Source: Patescibacteria group bacterium
GTDB lineage: Bacteria > Patescibacteriota > Microgenomatia > Levybacterales > UBA12049
NCBI GenBank assembly: GCA_026004395.1
Contig: BPJB01000001.1
Location: 391,343-455,342, forward strand
Reading direction: 5' to 3'
Length of the DNA: 64,000 nt
How positions within the stretch are numbered: the stretch's first letter is position 1; the number at the start of each line of letters is the position of its first letter. The notes under the pieces were generated by a model. It was not told the origin of the DNA, did no database searches, and was given only the letters and a program-made list of their open reading frames with translations. Below are positions 56,636 through 64,000 of the stretch, piece after piece. Position numbers and translations under genes: made by a program.

Positions 56636-58399
56636 ATGTGTGGAATCTTCGGATACATCGGAACTAAAAATAATGCTGCGGCTCTTGTTTTGGAAGGTTT
56701 GAAAACTCTTGAATATCGTGGTTACGACTCATGGGGAATAGCTGAAGTTGATGGAGAAAAAATCCTTACAGAGAAACATGTAGGAAAGATTGGACAAGCC
56801 ACTACTATTCTTCCTGAAAGTACACTGGCAATTGGACATACTAGATGGGCTACACATGGAGGAGTAAATATTACTAACGCTCATCCCCATCTGGATTGCA
56901 CAAAAAAGATTGCACTAATTCACAATGGTATCGTAGAAAACTATGTTGAATTAAAGGATGAACTGATTAAGAGAAAACACTCTTTTAATTCAGAGACAGA
57001 TACAGAGGTCATCGTCCATCTAATAGAGGAGTATGCAAAGAAATATGAATTCGCAACAGCTGTGCGGCTAGCTTTTAATAGATTAAAAGGTCTCAACGCA
57101 ATTGTTGCACTTAGTGTAGATCAGTGTGAAATTGTGGCTTGCAAAAATGGTTCGCCTCTTGTTGTGGGTATTGGTGATAAAGAGTTATTTATTGCATCAG
57201 ATGCGGTAGGAATAATTCCTCATACAAAAAAAATTATTTTTCTTAAAGATAATGAGATGGTAGTTCTTAATGATTCGGTTTCTGTCAATTTGCTTACGAC
57301 AGGAGATAGAATCACTCCTGAGATTGAGATTATTGATTGGGAAAGAAGAGAAGAAGGAAGTATGGGTAATTTTCCGCATTTTATGATCAAAGAGATACAT
57401 GATCAAGATCATATTATTCGTCATATCAGTAAAAACTTACTCTCTGAAATAGAACAAATCTCGACTATTATTAAAAAGGCAAGGGGTACTTTTTTTATTG
57501 GCGCAGGTACTGCTTATCATGCATGTCTTGCAGGAACATATCTCTTTGCAAAGATTGCTAAAATGCATGTCAATACTGCAGTTGCTTCAGAGTTTAATTA
57601 TCTTGAAGATTTCTTAACTTCAGAAAGTCTGATTATTGCTCTTTCACAATCTGGGGAAACCATAGATGTGATAGAGCCTCTTCAGCGAGCCAAGGAGAAA
57701 GGGACGAAAATTGTGGCAATGGTAAATAATTTGGGTTCAACTATTTATCGTATGTCAGACCATAAAATACTACTTAATGCAGGACCTGAGCTTGCAGTTG
57801 CTTCAACCAAAGCATATATAGCGAAATTAGCATTACTTTTACTTCTTGTAGGTACTCTAAGTGGTCAGCAAAAGCGAATACAAAATCTTCTTCTTAAGTC
57901 TGCAGAGGAAATAAAGAGGTTGCTTAGTAACAACTCAAAAAAAGAGATTAAAAAAATTGCTCAGTTTCTCGCCAATAAAGAGCATATCTATACAATAGGA
58001 AGAGGTGTATCATACCCTACGGCTCTTGAAGCCGCTCTGAAGATAAAAGAAGTAAGCTATATTCATACAGAAGGTTTAGCAGGTGGAGAATTAAAACATG
58101 GGACGATAGCATTAATCTCTGATGGTACGCCTTGTATTGTTTTTGCTCCTTTAGACGAAACACATGGGGCTATTATTTCCAATGCAACTGAAATAAAAGC
58201 AAGAGGTGGGGTTATTATTGGTATTAGTCCAAAAAAAAGCACGGTTTTTGACTATTGGATTAAAGTGCGAGATCTACAAGAAGCTACAATTCTTGCACAA
58301 ATTGTACCTGCACAACTACTTGCGTACTTTCTCGCTTTAGAAAAGAATGTGGATCCTGATAAGCCAAGAAATCTTGCAAAAAGTGTGACAGTTAAGTAA
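56636..58399 (+). CDS. glmS: Glutamine--fructose-6-phosphate aminotransferase
   Basis: MCGI, EYRGYDS.G, GHTRWATHG, SQSGET, ASTK, ELKHG, PRNLAKSVTV. Confidence 0.96.
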   Translation: MCGIFGYIGTKNNAAALVLEGLKTLEYRGYDSWGIAEVDGEKILTEKHVGKIGQATTILPESTLAIGHTRWATHGGVNITNAHPHLDCTKKIALIHNGIVENYVELKDELIKRKHSFNSETDTEVIVHLIEEYAKKYEFATAVRLAFNRLKGLNAIVALSVDQCEIVACKNGSPLVVGIGDKELFIASDAVGIIPHTKKIIFLKDNEMVVLNDSVSVNLLTTGDRITPEIEIIDWERREEGSMGNFPHFMIKEIHDQDHIIRHISKNLLSEIEQISTIIKKARGTFFIGAGTAYHACLAGTYLFAKIAKMHVNTAVASEFNYLEDFLTSESLIIALSQSGETIDVIEPLQRAKEKGTKIVAMVNNLGSTIYRMSDHKILLNAGPELAVASTKAYIAKLALLLLLVGTLSGQQKRIQNLLLKSAEEIKRLLSNNSKKEIKKIAQFLANKEHIYTIGRGVSYPTALEAALKIKEVSYIHTEGLAGGELKHGTIALISDGTPCIVFAPLDETHGAIISNATEIKARGGVIIGISPKKSTVFDYWIKVRDLQEATILAQIVPAQLLAYFLALEKNVDPDKPRNLAKSVTVK

Positions 58400-58464
58400 A
58401 TAAAATATTTTTAACTGAACACTATTGTTAATTATCTAATCTGTCCTTTTAAAAATTAAACTTT

Positions 58465-60063
58465 ATGAAAACTGATGTTTTGTATGGAATTGCAACAGTT
58501 GGTTTCTTTCTCTGGACTATACGTTCACTATTTTATTGGAGTCAGTTATGGCAGAAAGTACGCTATCAACCCACAATTTTTCTTAAATCTCCTAAAGCAA
58601 GAGAGAGGATTTGGGATTATTTGGCTTCTCGATCAGCTGTTTTAACCTGGATTGGTATTTTGGTGGCATTTTATGTCACTATTGAAGACTATCATGAGAT
58701 TTATTACCAACTTTTCATTTTAGTTCTTTTTATTCTCAAGGCAGGGTTAGTTGTCAGTGAAATACTAAAAAACCAATTTCATAAGCCTATTATTAACTTT
58801 AGATCACTAAGTATTATTATACTTTCTCTTCTAACAATAACTTTTTTTTACTCATTTCCTTTAACTGAAAAATTTATTTGGCTACTTATTCTTGATCGTT
58901 TGGTTGTTTTTATTATCAGTATTTTTGTTTTTCTTTTTACATTTCCCAGTGAACTTATCGAGGATTATAAATTTAGAGAAGCAGATAAAAAATTGCGACA
59001 ACTGAAAAACCTAAAAACAATTGGTGTATTAGGAGGAGCGAATACAGAACACTACATTGATATTATAGGACAAATATTAGAGGAAAAAATTCCTATATCC
59101 AAAGTATCAGATTTTGATCAGCAATCAAGAACACTAGCCGAGGCTATTCTTGATGAAATTTCACAGAGAACGCAAGTTATCTTGGTTGCTCTTGATTCAG
59201 CAGATAAATACCATTTCCAACAACATCTCAAATTATTAAGACCAAACATTATTATTATCCCCTATTCTTTATCTTTAACCAGTGATCAGATTAATTTTAT
59301 TTTTAAGCTTCTTGGTAAGAAAGAGAAGATCATTCTTGATTATAGATTAAAGCATTATATATCACCCAAACATTTACAGAGAAGACAAGTAGTGTTTTTT
59401 TCAAGTTCAGTTCAACAAGATATTGCAGCAAGGAGAATTGAAATCTTGCGTGCAACTGATGTGTTGACCCGTAAAAATCGTACAGATTTTTTGGCGATAC
59501 TGCCAACAGGCAATCAGCGTGTGTCATCTCCGTTAATCACTGCATTTTTTGTTGATCCAACACTTATTGCAATATATATAGCCGATTATTTAGGTTTAAC
59601 AAAAAAAGAGATAGCAAATCGAGTTCGCAAACTCGCCTCAGCTAGACAGACTCTTGTCTTGCAAAAGTTTAGAGGGGGAATAACTATAGTTAACAATACA
59701 GGTAATACATCTTATGAAATTGTGAATCATGCACTCTCATATCTTGAAAAGTACAATAAAAAGAAAATAATTATTTTTGGTCAAAGTGAAGCATTTACCA
59801 ATGAGGAAGAATATAAATCATTCGGTAAAAAAATTGCACATATCTGCACACATGCGTTCTTTTATCAAGTTGCACGTGAGTCACTTCTCAGAAGTATAGT
59901 AAGAAAAGAAAGAGGAAAATGTAAAGTTTACTCAGCAGGTGATAGAAAAAAACTAGTTGATATGCTTCAAAAAACAGTTGTACAAGGAGATATTGTTCTT
60001 TTTGAAGGCAATACCAATGAAATTCTTACATCTTTTCTTGGCATAGCAAGCGAACCTCTTTGA
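58465..60063 (+). CDS. murF: MurF-like protein with N-terminal TM helices and a degenerate ATP-binding site
   Basis: murF position before mraY; Mur-ligase layout and C-terminal GDIVLFEG, but the P-loop reads GVLGGANT and DDSYN reads NNTGN. Confidence 0.55.
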   Translation: MKTDVLYGIATVGFFLWTIRSLFYWSQLWQKVRYQPTIFLKSPKARERIWDYLASRSAVLTWIGILVAFYVTIEDYHEIYYQLFILVLFILKAGLVVSEILKNQFHKPIINFRSLSIIILSLLTITFFYSFPLTEKFIWLLILDRLVVFIISIFVFLFTFPSELIEDYKFREADKKLRQLKNLKTIGVLGGANTEHYIDIIGQILEEKIPISKVSDFDQQSRTLAEAILDEISQRTQVILVALDSADKYHFQQHLKLLRPNIIIIPYSLSLTSDQINFIFKLLGKKEKIILDYRLKHYISPKHLQRRQVVFFSSSVQQDIAARRIEILRATDVLTRKNRTDFLAILPTGNQRVSSPLITAFFVDPTLIAIYIADYLGLTKKEIANRVRKLASARQTLVLQKFRGGITIVNNTGNTSYEIVNHALSYLEKYNKKKIIIFGQSEAFTNEEEYKSFGKKIAHICTHAFFYQVARESLLRSIVRKERGKCKVYSAGDRKKLVDMLQKTVVQGDIVLFEGNTNEILTSFLGIASEPL

Positions 60064-60092
60064 TTGAACTCTTCGAATATGAAGAGTATAAT
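60064..60092 (+). promoter_or_regulatory. Promoter for mraY with a spacer palindrome
   Basis: TTGAAC-17-TATAAT; ACTCTTC-gaatat-GAAGAGT at 60068-60087. Confidence 0.55.
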
Positions 60093-60108
60093 AATAGAAT
60101 AATTTTTT

Positions 60109-61119
60109 ATGGCAGTTTTGCTGGGACTAACTATTCTATCAACTTTTATTAGTCTTATCCTTCTTGTACCTTTTATTGACTTTCTTTATAGGATTAAGTT
60201 GCGACGACAGCATCAAATCACAAAGGATCCTCTTAACCAAAGGACCCCTCTTTTTGATAAGTTCCATAAATGGAAAGTTGGGACGCCTGTCGGAGGAGGT
60301 ATTTTAATTATTCTTGTCACAACAGTTCTAAGTATATGGTCCTATGGTATGCTGTCAATTCCAGTCAAGCCCTGGGAACTTTTTGTAACTTTCTTTTCGT
60401 TTATTAGTTTTGGTTTATTAGGATTGTATGATGATGCTAAGAAACTTTCTGCTTCGACCAAAGCTAGTTTCTTTGGATTACGCCTAAGACATAAATTTGT
60501 GATACAGTGGATACTTGCTCTTATAATATCCACTGTTTTTTATCTGCAGTTAGGCTATTCTTTTATTTATATTCATGGTATTGGGTTGGTTAGTATTGGA
60601 CCATTATTTATTCCTTTTGCTGCATTTGTTATTGTATCGTTCGTCAATGCAGTGAATATTGCTGATGGGCTTGATGGTTTGGCTGCTGGACTTTTGGTAA
60701 TCTGTCTTTTTGCATTTTTGGCAATTAGTTCTCAACAATTAGATAGATCTCTTGGAGTGTTTATATCGGTACTACTGGGATCGGTTATGGCTTTCCTTTA
60801 TTTCAATATCTATAAGGCACGTATTTGGTTGGGTGATGTGGGATCACTTTCACTTGGGGCTGCACTTGCTGTCATTGGGCTTCTTACGGGTAAGACGCTA
60901 ACTCTGGCAGTTATCGGTGGGGTGTTTATTATTGAGGTTGGGTCATCGCTATTGCAGATACTTAGTAAAAAGTATCTTAACAAAAAGATTTTTCCTGCAG
61001 CACCATTTCATCTATATCTTCAATACCGTGGGTGGGAAGAGCCAAAAATAGTTATGCGTGCCTGGCTGGTAGGCATTTTTTTTGCCGTTATAGGTGTATA
61101 TCTTGCCTTCCTTACGTAA
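60109..61119 (+). CDS. mraY: Phospho-MurNAc-pentapeptide transferase
   Basis: K.GTP.GGG, LYDD..K, NAVN..DGLDGL, GDVGS, E..S..LQ, APFH. Confidence 0.93.
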   Translation: MAVLLGLTILSTFISLILLVPFIDFLYRIKLRRQHQITKDPLNQRTPLFDKFHKWKVGTPVGGGILIILVTTVLSIWSYGMLSIPVKPWELFVTFFSFISFGLLGLYDDAKKLSASTKASFFGLRLRHKFVIQWILALIISTVFYLQLGYSFIYIHGIGLVSIGPLFIPFAAFVIVSFVNAVNIADGLDGLAAGLLVICLFAFLAISSQQLDRSLGVFISVLLGSVMAFLYFNIYKARIWLGDVGSLSLGAALAVIGLLTGKTLTLAVIGGVFIIEVGSSLLQILSKKYLNKKIFPAAPFHLYLQYRGWEEPKIVMRAWLVGIFFAVIGVYLAFLT

Positions 61120-61160
61120 TTCTCATGCAATAGCCTTTTCTTTCCTATACAATAAAAGAG

Positions 61161-62237
61161 ATGATGAAATCTTTTGATTTTGTTTTATTTTGTACAGTTG
61201 TGTTTTTGACATTGTTTGGTTTATTCATGATTTATGATGCTTCCTCTTATATTGCCTTTAGAGATTTTCAAGATAAATACTACTACATCAAAGAACAGTC
61301 TATTAATGTACTTTTGGGTATGAGTGCACTTTTATTTTTTAGTTTTTTTGACTACAAAAAACTTTATAATCTATCAATTCTTATTCTTATATTAGCGATT
61401 TTAATGCTTTTTGCGGTATTTATTCCGGGAATAGGCGTATATGCATTGGGAGCAAATCGTTGGATAAATCTTGGTTTTACAGTATTGCAACCAGCAGAGT
61501 TTGTCAAGCTGAGTCTTGCTATATATCTTTCTGCTTGGTTCTCAACAAAAGAGAAGGGAAGACTATTGGCATTTGGCATGTTGTTAGGCTTAGTATTATT
61601 ATTAATAATGGCTCAACCAGACATGGGGACTGCTTCTATAATTCTTTTTGAAGCAGTAGTTCTTTATTTCTTATCAGGTGCAGATATTCGACATTTTTTC
61701 TATATGATTCCTCTTGTTGGGGTGAGTGCTATAATTTTGATTTTGCTTGCTCCTTATAGGATTGCACGTTTGACTACTTTTCTCACAATGGGATCAAATC
61801 TTGAAAATGCGTCATATCATGTGAAGCAAATCTTAATTGCATTAGGATCAGGTGGTTTATTGGGTGTGGGTGCAGGAAATTCACTGCAGAAGTATGCATA
61901 CCTTCCAGAAAATGTCACAGATTCTATTTTTGCTATAATTGCAGAAGAATTTGGTTTTTTAGGAGCCACGGCAATTATAATTGTTTATCTTATTTTCTTA
62001 TGGAGAGGATTTTTTATTGCAACTCACGCAAGAGATACATTTGGCAAACTACTCGCAGTCGGAATAATCTCATTTATAGGTATTCAAGCTGTTATTAATC
62101 TCTCTGCTATGACTGCACTTTTGCCTCTTACAGGCGTTCCACTTCCATTTATTTCATATGGAGGATCAGCTCTTATTGTAGATCTTGCAGCAGTTGGAAT
62201 ATTATTAAATATCTCAAAACAATCGCATTCTAGCTAA
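61161..62237 (+). CDS. ftsW: SEDS peptidoglycan polymerase FtsW
   Basis: GANRWI, QPAEFVK, QPDMGT, LPE..TDSIFAIIAEEFG, TGVPLPFISYGGS. Confidence 0.93.
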   Translation: MMKSFDFVLFCTVVFLTLFGLFMIYDASSYIAFRDFQDKYYYIKEQSINVLLGMSALLFFSFFDYKKLYNLSILILILAILMLFAVFIPGIGVYALGANRWINLGFTVLQPAEFVKLSLAIYLSAWFSTKEKGRLLAFGMLLGLVLLLIMAQPDMGTASIILFEAVVLYFLSGADIRHFFYMIPLVGVSAIILILLAPYRIARLTTFLTMGSNLENASYHVKQILIALGSGGLLGVGAGNSLQKYAYLPENVTDSIFAIIAEEFGFLGATAIIIVYLIFLWRGFFIATHARDTFGKLLAVGIISFIGIQAVINLSAMTALLPLTGVPLPFISYGGSALIVDLAAVGILLNISKQSHSS

Positions 62238-62238
62238 T

Positions 62239-63384
62239 ATGAGAGTTGGAATCATTGGTGGCCATTTATCGCCTGCTTTATCAGTCATAGATAGACTTCT
62301 TCCTGAACACTCTGTTGTTTTTTTTGGACGTCAACATACTTTTGAAGGAGATGATGCTCCATCTCTAGAGTACCTGCTTATGCGAGAAAGAAATATACCA
62401 TTTGTTTCTATCAAAACATCACGCTTGCAAAGACGATTTACTAAAAATACTCTTCCATCACTTTTGAAATTTCCGCTTGGATTTTCTCAGGCATGGCGCG
62501 GAATCAATACCTATAAAATTGATATTGTTCTTTCATTTGGTGGATATCTATCTTTACCTGTTTGTCTTGCTGCTAAGATAAAAAAAATACCTATTGTTAT
62601 TCACGAGCAAACTCTTGAAGCAGGTCTTGCCAATAAAATAGTAAGTAAATTTGCAGATAAGGTTTGTATTTCATGGGACTCCTCAAGACCATTTTTTCCA
62701 AAAGAAAAATTGATACTTACAGGAAATCCTATTCGTATATACCCATCTGTGAAGAAACCAAATATACCCTTATTGTCTAAGGAGAAATCTCTTCCTCTCA
62801 TTTACATTACTGGGGGAAGCGCAGGTTCTCACGCAATTAATTTAATTGTTGAGGAAGTGCTCGAGGATATTCTGACTAGATATAGAGTTATACATCAGAC
62901 AGGTAATTCAAGAGAATTTCATGATTTTGAAAGGATATCACAAAAAATAAATAAACTTCCCGATAAGCTCAGACAGCGTATTTACGTTACGCAGTTTGTT
63001 CATCCGATGGATATTCCTTACATTTTAGAACATGTAGCATGGGTAATCGGGAGATCAGGTATTAATACTGTAACAGAGTTATTATATTTTGGTGTTCCGG
63101 CTCTTCTTATTCCGCTTCCATACGGACAACAGCGTGAGCAAGAAAAAAATGCTAAGTTTTTGGAGCATCTTGGAGTAGCAAAGATTATTTATCAACAAGA
63201 ACTTAATGGTTCAACTTTTCTTAGATTACTTGCTACAATGGAACAAGAAAGTTCCTTATTAAAAAGTCGAGCAAAAGAAAAAAAATTTCTTGTGCGCGAG
63301 GACGCAGCAGAGAGGATTGTAACAGTACTCTACGATGTTTTCAAGAAAAAGACTTCTCAAAAAAGAGAAAAAACAACTCACTAA
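62239..63384 (+). CDS. murG: Lipid II synthase MurG
   Basis: GGH..PA, FGGY, HEQ, TGNPIR, TGGS.GS, GRSG..T..E, IPLP...EQ..NA. Confidence 0.92.
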   Translation: MRVGIIGGHLSPALSVIDRLLPEHSVVFFGRQHTFEGDDAPSLEYLLMRERNIPFVSIKTSRLQRRFTKNTLPSLLKFPLGFSQAWRGINTYKIDIVLSFGGYLSLPVCLAAKIKKIPIVIHEQTLEAGLANKIVSKFADKVCISWDSSRPFFPKEKLILTGNPIRIYPSVKKPNIPLLSKEKSLPLIYITGGSAGSHAINLIVEEVLEDILTRYRVIHQTGNSREFHDFERISQKINKLPDKLRQRIYVTQFVHPMDIPYILEHVAWVIGRSGINTVTELLYFGVPALLIPLPYGQQREQEKNAKFLEHLGVAKIIYQQELNGSTFLRLLATMEQESSLLKSRAKEKKFLVREDAAERIVTVLYDVFKKKTSQKREKTTH

Positions 63385-63778
63385 AAGACGACTTTTATTT
63401 ACAAGTATCGTTCTTGGTGTTCTGGGTGTAGGTTGCATCGTAGTGGGAACAATAATGCTTTTACATGAGCCTCTTTTTATTAGCCCTCTACCTGTTGTTG
63501 GATCTCCTCTACCCTCAAATGAGGATCAATATTTCAAGAAGACGATACAAACAAAATTGAAAGAATATGCTATTCCATATGAATCGATATCTATTCCTAG
63601 AAAATCTCTTTTTATAATCAAACTTAGTGATGGAGGAGAAGTAGTTCTTACCTCTAGAAAGGATTTAATACCTCAATTGTCCTCTTTACAAGTAATCTAT
63701 TCTCGACTTACAATGGAAGGTAAGAAGTTTAGACGGCTTGATATGCGTTATGACAAGCCAATTATTCTTTTACAATGA
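63335..63778 (+). CDS. ftsQ: Reduced FtsQ/DivIB-like protein
   Basis: Basic N-terminus, one TM, C-terminal LDMRYDKP; located between murG and ftsA. Confidence 0.55.
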   Translation: MFSRKRLLKKEKKQLTKRRLLFTSIVLGVLGVGCIVVGTIMLLHEPLFISPLPVVGSPLPSNEDQYFKKTIQTKLKEYAIPYESISIPRKSLFIIKLSDGGEVVLTSRKDLIPQLSSLQVIYSRLTMEGKKFRRLDMRYDKPIILLQ

Positions 63779-64000
63779 GACAATCAAGTAATGATGGGAA
63801 AATAGTAGTTGGAATAGATGTAGGTACCTATAAAATCGTCACCGTTATAGCCAAGGTTGACGAGGTAGTTAATGTTTTGGGTGTTTCTGAAGTAAAATCA
63901 GCGGGTATTAGAAAAGGTCAAATTGTAGATATCGAAGAAGCAGTTAATGCGATCAATGCTTCACTTGAGGCAGCAGAACGCATGGCTGGCTATTCTGTCT
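63775..64000 (+). CDS. ftsA: Cell division protein FtsA (3'-truncated by the window edge)
   Basis: Manual translation MRQSSNDGKIVVGIDVGTYKI...GIRKGQIVDIEEA...AERMAG. Confidence 0.92.
   Translation, partial: MRQSSNDGKIVVGIDVGTYKIVTVIAKVDEVVNVLGVSEVKSAGIRKGQIVDIEEAVNAINASLEAAERMAGYSV

Noticed and set aside
1146-62801. Numerous 60-99 aa ORFs antisense to or nested in long genes
   Set aside because: They are shadows of well-supported genes with no motifs. Only 47719-48048 on the minus strand is credible.

Overview
Chromosomal segment of an AT-rich bacterium using genetic code 11. The gene families, short RecO, divergent dcw cluster and many ArnT/PMT-like membrane proteins point to Patescibacteria/CPR, probably Microgenomates; this is an inference from protein families, not a database result. 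Positions 1-40667 are a ~40 kb co-directional surface-glycan locus. It holds about nine GT-C-fold membrane glycosyltransferases (ArnT-, PMT-, AftD/YfhO- and TMTC-like), GT2 and GT4 enzymes, GalE, a Wzx flippase, ManC, a priming phosphoglycosyl transferase, an O-antigen-ligase domain apparently fused to a TMTC-like GT-C, DUF4012, and a more AT-rich cassette with a ColD/ColC-like 3,6-dideoxyhexose pathway. Five +1 frameshifts cluster at 24.7-33.0 kb. Positions 40720-64000 carry recO, an alpha2-type GlyRS, two hypotheticals and an mraZ-rsmH-ftsL-ftsI-murE-murC-murB-murA-glmU-glmS-murF-mraY-ftsW-murG-ftsQ-ftsA cluster. In that cluster MurB and MurF appear to have lost catalytic motifs and two different GlmU-type genes flank a HAD hydrolase. 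Many genes look leaderless. No tRNA, rRNA, CRISPR, transposase or prophage was recognised. All family assignments come from motif recognition by eye.
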